IMG/VR virus record: IMGVR_UViG_3300025108_000042
Location: 1-63,213 of that record
Direction: 5' to 3' (one strand)
Source: a virus
Lineage: Duplodnaviria; Caudoviricetes
DNA length: 63,213 nucleotides
Shown here: one piece after another, positions 1-8,194 of the stretch
How positions within the stretch are numbered: the first letter of the stretch is position 1
Layout: every line of letters starts with the position of its first letter
Translations under genes and position numbers: made by a program
Notes under the pieces: generated by a model
What the model was told of the DNA's origin: nothing
Seen by the model: only the letters and a program-made list of their open reading frames with translations
Database searches by the model: none

Positions 1-1
1 G

Positions 2-106
2 GCGGTAATACTTTTATCTGAACAGATACACTACCATACGCCAAATACTACTAAAAACCCATATGACCCTCCTTTTGAAATAACTTGTAACACCAAAGAG
101 AGATGA
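2..106 (+). CDS. 3' fragment of a small cassette ORF ending ...TCNTKER
   Basis: Open frame from the window edge to TGA at 104-106, ending inside the cassette repeat. Confidence 0.55.
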   Translation, partial: AVILLSEQIHYHTPNTTKNPYDPPFEITCNTKER

Positions 107-142
107 GTCGTTGCACTCCTCACCGATAAATAAATTTATCTT

Positions 143-355
143 ATGAAAACACCAATGCAAGAACTATTGGAATGGGTTAGAGCAACCCTACCAATGGATT
201 TAGATACACCAAGATTGATTGAGCGTAAGATTGAATCTCTACTTGAGAAAGAGAAAGAGGTGATGTGTGAGTTTGCTGATGACTACCAACGCAACTGCTT
301 TCAAAAATCAGCAGATGATTATTTTAAAGAAACCTTTAACACCAAAGAGAAATGA
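143..355 (+). CDS. Hypothetical cassette protein ending TFNTKEK
   Basis: 70-aa ORF ending in the cassette repeat. Confidence 0.8.
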   Translation: MKTPMQELLEWVRATLPMDLDTPRLIERKIESLLEKEKEVMCEFADDYQRNCFQKSADDYFKETFNTKEK

Positions 356-537
356 AACAAGGAACATTAGTATGGATAGTAGCATCAGTAGAAGATGATG
401 CACTACAAGTAAACTGCGACAAGGATGAGATTGTAGTAGAGCCTCACGGATTTAGAGCAATGCCTTTGTATGCAGATAAGCAGTGGGTAAAGCCACTTAC
501 TGAAGAGGAGATTGAAGAATACAACAAGAACCTTTAA
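352..537 (+). CDS. Hypothetical cassette protein
   Basis: Starts at a repeat ATG and stops in the next repeat. Confidence 0.8.
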   Translation: MKQGTLVWIVASVEDDALQVNCDKDEIVVEPHGFRAMPLYADKQWVKPLTEEEIEEYNKNL

Positions 538-549
538 AACAAAAGAGAA

Positions 550-768
550 ATGAAACTATTCAAGAGAAGAAAAGAGATTGTATTAGGACATCACCACATT
601 GCAACTGATGTTAGGGTTAACATCACAACAAGCCACGAGGAGGGTGTTGTCGTACATTGTCAAACAAAAGACAACAAAATGATAAGGTTAAATTTTACAA
701 ATCACGAGGCGTTAGATATGGGTTTGATTAACCTTGAAGTATTACAGCCTTATTTTAGAAACCTTTAA
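550..768 (+). CDS. Hypothetical cassette protein
   Basis: Starts at a repeat ATG and stops in the next repeat. Confidence 0.8.
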   Translation: MKLFKRRKEIVLGHHHIATDVRVNITTSHEEGVVVHCQTKDNKMIRLNFTNHEALDMGLINLEVLQPYFRNL

Positions 769-780
769 CACCAAAGAGAG

Positions 781-975
781 ATGAGCCACAAAGACCTTAA
801 AAAAATGGTTGGTAGAGAATGTGAATTCCTATCTTACTACTTAGAAGAATTTGAAAAAAAGCTTACTACAGATCCAAGGAATCAAGAGCTTAAAGACAAT
901 ATCAATACCATAAGGGCTAAGTGGGAAGCTTACGACAAGGTATACCGATACATTATAAAAACATTTGAGGAATGA
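781..975 (+). CDS. Hypothetical protein
   Basis: Starts at a repeat ATG; ATGA overlap with the next ORF. Confidence 0.75.
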   Translation: MSHKDLKKMVGRECEFLSYYLEEFEKKLTTDPRNQELKDNINTIRAKWEAYDKVYRYIIKTFEE

Positions 976-1166
976 AAAATTACATTCGCAAGAGGGCGCA
1001 TTACAGGTACTTAAATAGGTACTTAAATGAAATACGCTGGGAGATTATAAATACAGTGATCATATCAAGTTCAACAGAATACACTAAGTCTGTTGTGGAT
1101 CATTTAGATAACTTAGGGGGATTAATACGTAAATACGAGAGAAGAAAGAGATGGATGAAATTTTAA
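972..1166 (+). CDS. Hypothetical protein
   Basis: Tightly packed ORF. Confidence 0.7.
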   Translation: MKNYIRKRAHYRYLNRYLNEIRWEIINTVIISSSTEYTKSVVDHLDNLGGLIRKYERRKRWMKF

Positions 1167-1354
1167 ACATAGAGTACCATACACGAGTGTACGTTATGCA
1201 TGCGTTAAAGAAGTACAAGAGTCCTACTATTGCTGCAAAACACTTAGGAATAACAGCAAGGACAATACATAGATACATAAATAAATGGGGAGTAAGCTAC
1301 AAGCCTGAAGCACCCAGAACTGTTAAACCTGTCCAGTGGAAAAACGTTAGATAA
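1151..1354 (+). CDS. Fis-type HTH DNA-binding protein
   Basis: AAKHLGITARTIHRYI helix-turn-helix pattern. Confidence 0.7.
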   Translation: MDEILNIEYHTRVYVMHALKKYKSPTIAAKHLGITARTIHRYINKWGVSYKPEAPRTVKPVQWKNVR

Positions 1355-1360
1355 AAAACT

Positions 1361-1534
1361 ATGAAAACAAATTACGAATCATCGAGAACACCAGAAGCAA
1401 AAGAAACAATAGTACGCATAGCAAGATACGCTTCAAGAAACATGATGCGTACAAAAGTGAAGAGTAGTGTTTACGCACGTATAGTAGATGCGTGTATGGA
1501 AGACCTGCGTAAAAACGGTATAGAAAATGACTAA
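1361..1534 (+). CDS. Hypothetical 57-aa protein (not in ORF track)
   Basis: Translated by hand, MKTNYESSRTPEAKE...; fills the gap in the operon. Confidence 0.65.
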   Translation: MKTNYESSRTPEAKETIVRIARYASRNMMRTKVKSSVYARIVDACMEDLRKNGIEND

Positions 1535-1619
1535 TCAACTGCTCGTAGAATGGTCGGTAGTCGTTCTTTTTGCTTTAATGTTTATAGCTTATCTGCTATA
1601 TAAAATGAAAGAAGACTAA
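1527..1619 (+). CDS. 30-aa single-TM protein
   Basis: MTNQLLVEWSVVVLFALMFIAYLLYKMKED; TAATG coupling to the next gene. Confidence 0.6.
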   Translation: MTNQLLVEWSVVVLFALMFIAYLLYKMKED

Positions 1620-2062
1620 TGGGATTCAACGAAGATATAGAGAGAGGTGAATCTGTCGAGTATAAGATACTTGAACTTATTAGGGAGACATATCCATCTG
1701 CCGATAAGAAAAAGGGGTATTTCAAAGAATACGATATAGAGATACCAGAGATAGACACTACTGTAGAAGTAAAGTATGATGAAATGTCTGCTGTTACAGG
1801 AAACTTAGTTGTCGAGACGGAGTTTGATAGCAAGCCTTCAGCATTAAACACAACAACAGCTGACTATTGGCTTTTTGTTACGCCTACGGAGCTTATGTGG
1901 ATCAAACCCACCGCCATATGGAGTGTTATACGTTTTCACAATTATAGTCTAAGGCGGTTTATTGGAAACGGTGACACCAAGTATAAGAAAGCTTTTTTGG
2001 TTAAAACACATCACATTAGAAATCTTTGTAACCCGGTTACAAAACACGATTTGTTTAAATAA
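1619..2062 (+). CDS. PD-(D/E)XK restriction-endonuclease-like nuclease
   Basis: YD...VEVKYD...GNLVVE motif. Confidence 0.7.
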   Translation: MGFNEDIERGESVEYKILELIRETYPSADKKKGYFKEYDIEIPEIDTTVEVKYDEMSAVTGNLVVETEFDSKPSALNTTTADYWLFVTPTELMWIKPTAIWSVIRFHNYSLRRFIGNGDTKYKKAFLVKTHHIRNLCNPVTKHDLFK

Positions 2063-2095
2063 GTAAATGTTTATACCTTGATAAAAAATCGCACT

Positions 2096-2362
2096 ATGTC
2101 AATTAAAGATTTAATTACTGAACACTATGGTGATCATACCGATGAAGGACCTTTATTAGCCGTTGGATTTGATGATGCTTTAATAGGTATTGATCCTAAC
2201 TCTCTTAGAGCCGTTTACTCAAGGAACATGTGTATAGACATACTCGTGGAGGAAGGAGAGTCTGTGGAGGATGCTATGGATTTTTTAGAGTACAATACAT
2301 TTAGTGCATACGTAGGAGAATACACACCAATTTTTATAGAAGATTTTTTATGGGATACTTAG
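2096..2362 (+). CDS. Conserved phage hypothetical protein
   Basis: GFDDALIG...AYVGEYTPIFI, a pattern recalled from marine phage proteins; ATG at 2096 preferred over the TTG at 2078. Confidence 0.7.
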   Translation: MSIKDLITEHYGDHTDEGPLLAVGFDDALIGIDPNSLRAVYSRNMCIDILVEEGESVEDAMDFLEYNTFSAYVGEYTPIFIEDFLWDT

Positions 2363-2556
2363 ACAACAAAGAGCACAAAAAGGTTATCGACTGTGTGCTT
2401 ATGCAAAACGCAAACATGTTCGTTAATCTGGGGATGGAGAACTCAAAAAGCGATTACGACAAAGCAAAGAAAGAAGAGCGTAGAAAACTCAGAAAGATAC
2501 AGCATCTTGATCCAGAGAAAATAGGCAGATTAATTAAAGACTCACTCGATGACTAA
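2350..2556 (+). CDS. Hypothetical protein
   Basis: ORF overlapping its neighbours in the operon. Confidence 0.7.
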   Translation: MGYLDNKEHKKVIDCVLMQNANMFVNLGMENSKSDYDKAKKEERRKLRKIQHLDPEKIGRLIKDSLDD

Positions 2557-2941
2557 CGATACACCTAAGTACTATATAGGAAAGTACAAGAATATAGAAG
2601 CAATGGATGTTGTTCTTGATTTTCAAGAGGACAATTACAATCTTGGCGTGGCAATAGCCTACCTACTGAGAGCTGGCAAGAAAGAGGGCAACCCAGCGAC
2701 TCAAGATATAGAAAAAGCAATAGTACATCTGGAAACCGAACTTAAACATCAAAGAGCAAATGGAGAATCTAACAGTAACGATATTCAAGGATATAAGGGA
2801 CATACAGGGTCCTCACCTTATTACGTTACGGACAGCACTGGAGCGTATAAAGAGTGGCAAGAGCAAGTCCTTGATAGAGAGGGTCCGTGGGGTTCACAGC
2901 ATCGATCAGAACGGGAACCAGGTTCCGGACAAGGAAGCTAA
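2549..2941 (+). CDS. DUF3310-like (SaV-like) protein
   Basis: PKYY...IEAMDV...YNLGVAIAYLLRAGKK...DIEKA motif. Confidence 0.75.
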   Translation: MTNDTPKYYIGKYKNIEAMDVVLDFQEDNYNLGVAIAYLLRAGKKEGNPATQDIEKAIVHLETELKHQRANGESNSNDIQGYKGHTGSSPYYVTDSTGAYKEWQEQVLDREGPWGSQHRSEREPGSGQGS

Positions 2942-4586
2942 GAAAGAACTACCTGTAGTTTGTTTTAGCGGTCAGTTTGAATTACGCAAAGATGATTCAC
3001 TGGTGTCGCACAATGGTCTTATTGTTCTTGATTTTGACCACCTAGATGTAGAGGTTTCAAAAACTATTCTAGCTACAGATGACTATGTATTTGCATGTTG
3101 GGTATCACCAAGTGGTGATGGGCTAAAAGCATTGGTCAAGATTAGCACACCTTCAAAACACCGTGAGCACTTCAAAGCTATTGAAAAATACATGGAGCGC
3201 ACCTACGGATTAGAGGTAGACCCCTCCGGTAAGAATGAATCCAGAGCCTGTTTTGAGTCCTATGATCCTGACATTATAGTAAACAGCAATAGCAAGACAT
3301 TTTCATCTATTGTTTCTGCTACTGATGACGTGCAAGTTGCATCGCATAAAGAGGTTATCACTGACTATAACAAGCTTGCTGTTATTTCTTCTATCATTAG
3401 ACGTGCTCAAGATGGAGAGAAACATACCGAGCTCGTAAAAGCCGCACATTTAGCAGGTGGGTTTGTAGCGGCTGGCAGAATAGAAGAAGAAGAAGCTCGT
3501 AGAGTGCTGCTTCGTGAGATACTAAAGAAAGAAGTAGAGAACGAAGACAACGCACGCAAAGCTATAGATGATGCAATAGAGTCAGGTAAGAAAATGCCTA
3601 TCCGTGATGTAATAGATGGCGAGAGCAAGGCAATACGCCAGATGCAACTAAACGATAATGACTTTAGCTTTGTATCTAACGATGACATTGATTTTAGCTG
3701 GATTACTGAATACGCCTCTGGCTTAATAGAGGTAGGTCTAACTACAGGTAACGATATACTTGATAGAAACTTTAGATACAAGAAAGACTTTACAATCATA
3801 AACGGTATCAGTAATGTGGGTAAGACTACATTAGCACTGCACCTTATGATTAACGCATCTGTACTACACGGTTGGAAGTGGATTATATACAGCTCTGAGA
3901 ATAAAACAGCATCTATTAAGATGAGGTTGATGGAGTTTATTGTTGATATGCCTATACGACAAATGGATACAGAGATGATTAAGTACGCTTACAACTGGGT
4001 AAACAAACACTACAAAGTTATAAGCAACAACGATGTATACAGCTACTCAGAGCTCATACTCTTTGCTGAAAAAATCATACATCATGAAGGAGCTTATGAT
4101 GGATTCTTTGTAGACCCATACAATAGCTTACGCATAGATATAGCTCAGGGAGTAAATAAGAATAGCCACGAGTACCACTATGAAGCAGCTTCGGAATTTC
4201 TAACTTTTGCCAATCGCATGAAGATGGCTGTTTGGTTAAATATGCACGCGGTAACTGAGGCACAGCGTATGCGTGGTGAGGATGGACTGCCTGTAGCGCC
4301 AACAGCATCTATGACTGAAGGCGGGGGTAAATTCGTGAATAGAGCCGATTGTTTCCTGACATTCCATAGGAAAGTGTCTTCTCCTGACTACGATACTCGT
4401 AGAACGATGGAGTTTCATGTACGTAAGGTTCGCGAGACAGAAACTGGAGGTGCTCCAACTGTTTACAATCAACCTTTCTTGTTCCAAATGACTGAGTCAA
4501 ACACAGGTTTCAGAACCTTTACAGCACAAGGTCCACTGTATAAGCCTCTTATGTTAAAAAAAATACAAGGAGAGCTGGTTTTATAA
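2760..4586 (+). CDS. Primase-helicase (VirE-N/BT4734-like N-terminal domain + DnaB-like helicase)
   Basis: KKELP..FSG, LDFD, SPSGDGLK, SRACFESYDP; Walker A GISNVGKT; FVDPYN; NMH. Confidence 0.85.
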   Translation: MENLTVTIFKDIRDIQGPHLITLRTALERIKSGKSKSLIERVRGVHSIDQNGNQVPDKEAKKELPVVCFSGQFELRKDDSLVSHNGLIVLDFDHLDVEVSKTILATDDYVFACWVSPSGDGLKALVKISTPSKHREHFKAIEKYMERTYGLEVDPSGKNESRACFESYDPDIIVNSNSKTFSSIVSATDDVQVASHKEVITDYNKLAVISSIIRRAQDGEKHTELVKAAHLAGGFVAAGRIEEEEARRVLLREILKKEVENEDNARKAIDDAIESGKKMPIRDVIDGESKAIRQMQLNDNDFSFVSNDDIDFSWITEYASGLIEVGLTTGNDILDRNFRYKKDFTIINGISNVGKTTLALHLMINASVLHGWKWIIYSSENKTASIKMRLMEFIVDMPIRQMDTEMIKYAYNWVNKHYKVISNNDVYSYSELILFAEKIIHHEGAYDGFFVDPYNSLRIDIAQGVNKNSHEYHYEAASEFLTFANRMKMAVWLNMHAVTEAQRMRGEDGLPVAPTASMTEGGGKFVNRADCFLTFHRKVSSPDYDTRRTMEFHVRKVRETETGGAPTVYNQPFLFQMTESNTGFRTFTAQGPLYKPLMLKKIQGELVL

Positions 4587-4616
4587 ACAGCTAATCACTA
4601 TTTTGTTAGAAAGTAT

Positions 4617-4991
4617 ATGGATACAAAAAACGAAATAGTACTGTCTTTGCCCAAGCCGCCATCATTGAACGCTTTTTATGCTGGTAGACACTGGACAATA
4701 CGCAAGAAACATAAAGAAAGCTACAACAAGAGCCTAAAAGAAGCATTACTTAATTACGATCTTTTTACAACAGAACAATATGCATTAGAGGTAGAGTACA
4801 ACGCAAGGTATGATGTAGACAACGCTATTATGTGTGCTAAATTCGTTAGCGACTTTTTAAAAGATAATGAGTACGTAATTGATGACACGCCTAAATACTT
4901 CGTAAAACAGAGTACCAAGTTTAACAAAAACCTAAATAAAGATGAGTTCCTATGTCGTATCAAGCTCTATGGATACCAACTCCGTGAGTAG
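4617..4991 (+). CDS. RusA-like Holliday junction resolvase
   Basis: PKPPSLN, DVDN...K..SDFL...IDD. Confidence 0.75.
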   Translation: MDTKNEIVLSLPKPPSLNAFYAGRHWTIRKKHKESYNKSLKEALLNYDLFTTEQYALEVEYNARYDVDNAIMCAKFVSDFLKDNEYVIDDTPKYFVKQSTKFNKNLNKDEFLCRIKLYGYQLRE

Positions 4992-5199
4992 TGATTTTTT
5001 TAATGCCTGTGCAATGATGCACGAAATGATTAATGAGCTGTATGAAAGCCTACACGATGGCTACGGCAATCCAGTAATTGATGAAAAACAGATACTTGAT
5101 TTAACAAAAGAGTTTAAAAACAAAATGCGTTTAGAACTCGATATGATCAAGTCTTCTGTACACCAACACCTGGAAGAAAATGCAAAGGGGCAGATATAA
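4969..5199 (+). CDS. Hypothetical protein
   Basis: ORF; the internal ATG at 4969 reduces the overlap with the upstream gene. Confidence 0.65.
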   Translation: MDTNSVSSDFFNACAMMHEMINELYESLHDGYGNPVIDEKQILDLTKEFKNKMRLELDMIKSSVHQHLEENAKGQI

Positions 5200-5557
5200 A
5201 TGCGCTAAATGCAATAGGTTAAAAAGAAAACACCTGTTCCATAAAGACAATTCTAAAAAATCTGGTGTGGCTTCTTACTGTAAGAACTGCAAGAAGAAAG
5301 CTGACTCCCTAAGAGAAAGAAAATATGGGGACATAGATGAGAACGGCAACTTAATATATACTGTATATTACTTACCAGAGGAGCACTACGTAGGAATGAC
5401 AAAGGATCTTTTACACCGCATGAAAGACCATAGAAAATCAGGTAAGTTGATTGATGGATATGAGATTGTAGGTCAGTATTCAGATCCTAAAATAGCTCAT
5501 CTGTTGGAAACACAGCTACATTACAGAGGTTACCATGGGTTCCAGTATAAAGGTTAA
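5180..5557 (+). CDS. Zn-finger + GIY-YIG-like endonuclease
   Basis: CxxC...YCKNC; YTVY...YVGMT...R..DH...E. Confidence 0.7.
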   Translation: MQRGRYKCAKCNRLKRKHLFHKDNSKKSGVASYCKNCKKKADSLRERKYGDIDENGNLIYTVYYLPEEHYVGMTKDLLHRMKDHRKSGKLIDGYEIVGQYSDPKIAHLLETQLHYRGYHGFQYKG

Positions 5558-5607
5558 TTAACTACCTTTACAAGCTCTTTACTTTTCTAACCTTTAAAAC
5601 AAAAACT

Positions 5608-5730
5608 ATGTCTGATTTACAGATGAGTGACAGCTTTGCTGACTTTATTGACGAGCTTGAAACCAGTGAAAAAAACGATAACGCTCAATGTTCTATCGAT
5701 AACCCGGAATGCGAGAGTTGTAGCGGTTAG
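5608..5730 (+). CDS. 40-aa acidic peptide ending CSIDNPECESCSG (resembles the RNR alpha C-terminal tail)
   Basis: Translated by hand; begins at a cassette-type start motif and is followed by a terminator. Confidence 0.75.
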   Translation: MSDLQMSDSFADFIDELETSEKNDNAQCSIDNPECESCSG

Positions 5731-5737
5731 AATTACC

Positions 5738-5775
5738 AGAGGGGTGGAAATTATTCTGCCCCTCTTTCTTTTTAT
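5738..5775 (+). terminator. Rho-independent terminator of the replication arm
   Basis: AGAGGGGTGGAA/TTCTGCCCCTCT stem followed by a T-rich tract. Confidence 0.75.
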
Positions 5776-5799
5776 ATAAAGAATATTAGTATCTTAGCG

Positions 5800-5898
5800 C
5801 CAGTTCTATTTATCATTTCATCTCTCTCTCCCCACTCTTGGATGATTTATAGAGTTTGAGTTAACAGATCAGAAAAGGAGGCATTAGCCTCCTTTTTT
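5800..5898 (+). ncRNA. Candidate ~100-nt small RNA
   Basis: Promoter-like TATCTTAG at 5790-5797; stem with a CU-rich loop; ends at the 5873-5898 terminator; no ORF. Confidence 0.4.
5873..5898. terminator. Bidirectional terminator at the convergence of the two arms
   Basis: AAAAGGAGGC-ATTA-GCCTCCTTTTTT. Confidence 0.8.
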
Positions 5899-6006
5899 GT
5901 TTCCCTTCTTAGCGTAACAGCAATTACCATCACATTCTTTGGGTTCTATTTCACAGTACTGACGCTTTGGATTAGCACTATTAATTTTCTGTTTTCTTTT
6001 ATTCAT
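5884..6006 (-). CDS. 40-aa basic Cys-rich peptide
   Basis: MNKRKQKINSANPKRQYCEIEPKECDGNCCYAKKGNKKGG; overlaps the upstream stop. Confidence 0.45.
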   Translation of the reverse strand: MNKRKQKINSANPKRQYCEIEPKECDGNCCYAKKGNKKGG

Positions 6007-6430
6007 TGTCAAGATACTTGTCGATTAGTCTTTGTATAACTTTAAACCCTATAAACACTAGGAAAAAGTACAAAGCTAACTTCTGTATCTTATCAAATAA
6101 GTTTTCTTTTTCAACATAAATAATTTTTTCGTAAGGAATTTCAATAGTCCGAACTATCGTATCCGAGTCGCATTTCGCGTCTATAATAAGAGTGTCGTTC
6201 ACCTTTACTATCTTCACACGCAACCTGTCCTTCGTTATGGTTATGGTGTCGTGTTGCTTCAAAGTCACAGTATCCTTCAAAACCACAGGCGGGACTACAA
6301 GAGTGTCCTGTACAACCAATGTGTCCTTTTTCAGAATCATTGGGTCTTTCTGGACCGCTTTTTTCAAGTGCCATTGAGCGCTGCAACTCGTTAATAACAG
6401 CATTAGAGTTAATCTTACCAGCCATTTCAT
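5999..6430 (-). CDS. Unimolecular spanin-like lipoprotein
   Basis: N-terminal lipobox LLLTSC, beta-rich DT-repeat middle, C-terminal TM helix; lies in the lysis region. Confidence 0.7.
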   Translation of the reverse strand: MKWLVRLTLMLLLTSCSAQWHLKKAVQKDPMILKKDTLVVQDTLVVPPVVLKDTVTLKQHDTITITKDRLRVKIVKVNDTLIIDAKCDSDTIVRTIEIPYEKIIYVEKENLFDKIQKLALYFFLVFIGFKVIQRLIDKYLDNE

Positions 6431-7470
6431 TTTTTATACTTTGATTTCACCGAACCACCTTTTTTGTAAAGGAACGGGCTTGCTCCACTTATCTTTCTTC
6501 TCTGTAACGCTTGAGCTTGATTTACATAATCGTCAAATGATCCTACTTTTATGTTACCTATCTGACCTCCATATGTTTCCATAAACTGAGCTTTGTTCGC
6601 GTCTGGAACGAATATGTTACTTATTTCGTCAAAACCTATACCTTTATTAAACATCGCCTCGCCTTCAATTGTAGAGCTAGGTATACTCATTCTTGATTGA
6701 GCACCGTATTTAGGGTTGACGCCAAATACCACAGGGTAATTATTAGCACCTTTTCCAAACCTTATAGCGTAACCAGCAGCTGCTCCAGGGTTAGATATAG
6801 ATGCTGTGGAAACAGTATTCTGAGCGTCTCTAATGCCTTGAATCATTTGGTTCACTTCTACACCCTCTCCTGTTACTAATTTACCAGCTCTCTGTAATTC
6901 TTCAGCTGATATCAATCCCTTGTTCTTGAATATTCCTGGTAGAGCACTTGAACCAGTTCCGTGGGTATACAGAAAAGGAACGGGTGATAAATCTTTTTGA
7001 AAATTGGCTATTCTCTCTAATGTTTCAGGTTTTGAAAATGCAGAACCCTTACCATACAGAGCACCTCCTGGAAACACGTCACTTGCAATATCCATATTAG
7101 CTCCATAAGGTATACTCATTTGTCTATCGTATGCATTTTGTATAGCCTCAAGATCAATGTTCTTTGCAATATTAGAACGATTACCTTTAATGAGTCTTGC
7201 TATTCCTTTTCCTAACCCTCTCAATGCACTAAGACCACCACTCCTGTCAGCGCCTATCATTCTGAAGTTACTGTTGGTTGGTTGTAATTCATCCGCAGTT
7301 AAGCGTCTTATCATTGGACCTTCGTATACAGGGGCTGTTACAGAAACCTCATCAAGAAAACCACCTTGAATTGGTTTTGGTTTCAAATTATTATGATTAG
7401 CTCTTTCTCTTAGCTTCCTTATAGCTGGAGGTAGATGTCCACCTTTTGTGTATTTTCTCTTAGCCTTCAT
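6427..7470 (-). CDS. Basic-tailed putative virion protein with an ADP-ribosyltransferase-like domain
   Basis: YTHGT...I...GLIS...VSTAS...YA...EGE pattern; YxxGG motifs at both ends. Confidence 0.5.
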   Translation of the reverse strand: MKAKRKYTKGGHLPPAIRKLRERANHNNLKPKPIQGGFLDEVSVTAPVYEGPMIRRLTADELQPTNSNFRMIGADRSGGLSALRGLGKGIARLIKGNRSNIAKNIDLEAIQNAYDRQMSIPYGANMDIASDVFPGGALYGKGSAFSKPETLERIANFQKDLSPVPFLYTHGTGSSALPGIFKNKGLISAEELQRAGKLVTGEGVEVNQMIQGIRDAQNTVSTASISNPGAAAGYAIRFGKGANNYPVVFGVNPKYGAQSRMSIPSSTIEGEAMFNKGIGFDEISNIFVPDANKAQFMETYGGQIGNIKVGSFDDYVNQAQALQRRKISGASPFLYKKGGSVKSKYKK

Positions 7471-7472
7471 GT

Positions 7473-7949
7473 TTATCCCACGTAATCAAAGTCGGTATAA
7501 GTAATGCTTACCGATTCCCCTTCTTCCAATGCCTTAGCAATCGGAGGATAAACTCTTTTGTACGCATTAACACTTGAGCCCACCATACCATTACTAGAGC
7601 TAAAGTTCGCTTGTTGAGAATCACCCAGAAGAAGACACCCAGCAGTATGTTCGTCAGTGTTACCAGTATGAATAAGGATATACTCAAAGTTAGGAACCTC
7701 ACGCACCCATAACATTCCTTTGTGCATCTCCCCGTATTTTTTTTCATACCGCCCATGAAAACCGCCTGTAGCTCTAAGTGTTATTTTATAAGTGCCGGAA
7801 GGTATTCTAGTTTCTCCAGCTACCTTGTCTTCACGATGCTCGTCCTCCAATGTGTAACATAGGAATCTACGCTTACCACCACTAACATCAAATAGCGCAC
7901 CATTTGTGCTATCTTTTTGACTGCTAAATCTTAGTACCTCTAGCTCCAT
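7473..7949 (-). CDS. DUF5675-like protein, candidate endolysin
   Basis: CYTLED...GETRIPSGTY...ILIHTGN...TAGCLLLG; next to the holin candidate. Confidence 0.7.
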   Translation of the reverse strand: MELEVLRFSSQKDSTNGALFDVSGGKRRFLCYTLEDEHREDKVAGETRIPSGTYKITLRATGGFHGRYEKKYGEMHKGMLWVREVPNFEYILIHTGNTDEHTAGCLLLGDSQQANFSSSNGMVGSSVNAYKRVYPPIAKALEEGESVSITYTDFDYVG

Positions 7950-8179
7950 TACTCAGCTTTTTTAGCAAACTTCTCGATACCAGCGATACCAAAGCTACCC
8001 AGGGTTACGATTACAAAGCTGTTGTAAGTGAACTCATTAATAGGCAAGTCTTTACTACAAGCTCCTGTGATTACATCAGCAAGCATAACAGCTACCATTA
8101 CAGCAAAGGAGAGAAAACCTATAATTGTTTTCTCGTTCCAATCATTATCATCTTTAAAGATCTTTACAAACTTTTTCAT
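7949..8179 (-). CDS. Holin-like two-TM protein
   Basis: Two hydrophobic segments, basic C-terminus. Confidence 0.6.
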   Translation of the reverse strand: MKKFVKIFKDDNDWNEKTIIGFLSFAVMVAVMLADVITGACSKDLPINEFTYNSFVIVTLGSFGIAGIEKFAKKAE

Positions 8180-8194
8180 AATTATATATATTAG

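Larger units (their letters stand above)
82..783 (+). repeat. Gene-cassette junction repeat AACCTTTAA(C/A)AC(C/A)AAAGAGA(A/G)ATG, copies at 82-105, 331-354, 529-552, 760-783; variants at 5589-5610 and 63061-63080
   Basis: Read directly; each copy ends in ATG and the four main copies cover the stop or last codons of the upstream ORF. Confidence 0.9.

Noticed and set aside
1005-1028. 12-bp tandem AGGTACTTAAAT
   Set aside because: Simple in-frame duplication (RYLN x2) with no further signal.
6141-6425. Nested ORF as an Rz1-type o-spanin
   Set aside because: It has no lipobox, and the host ORF already has both a lipobox and a C-terminal TM helix.
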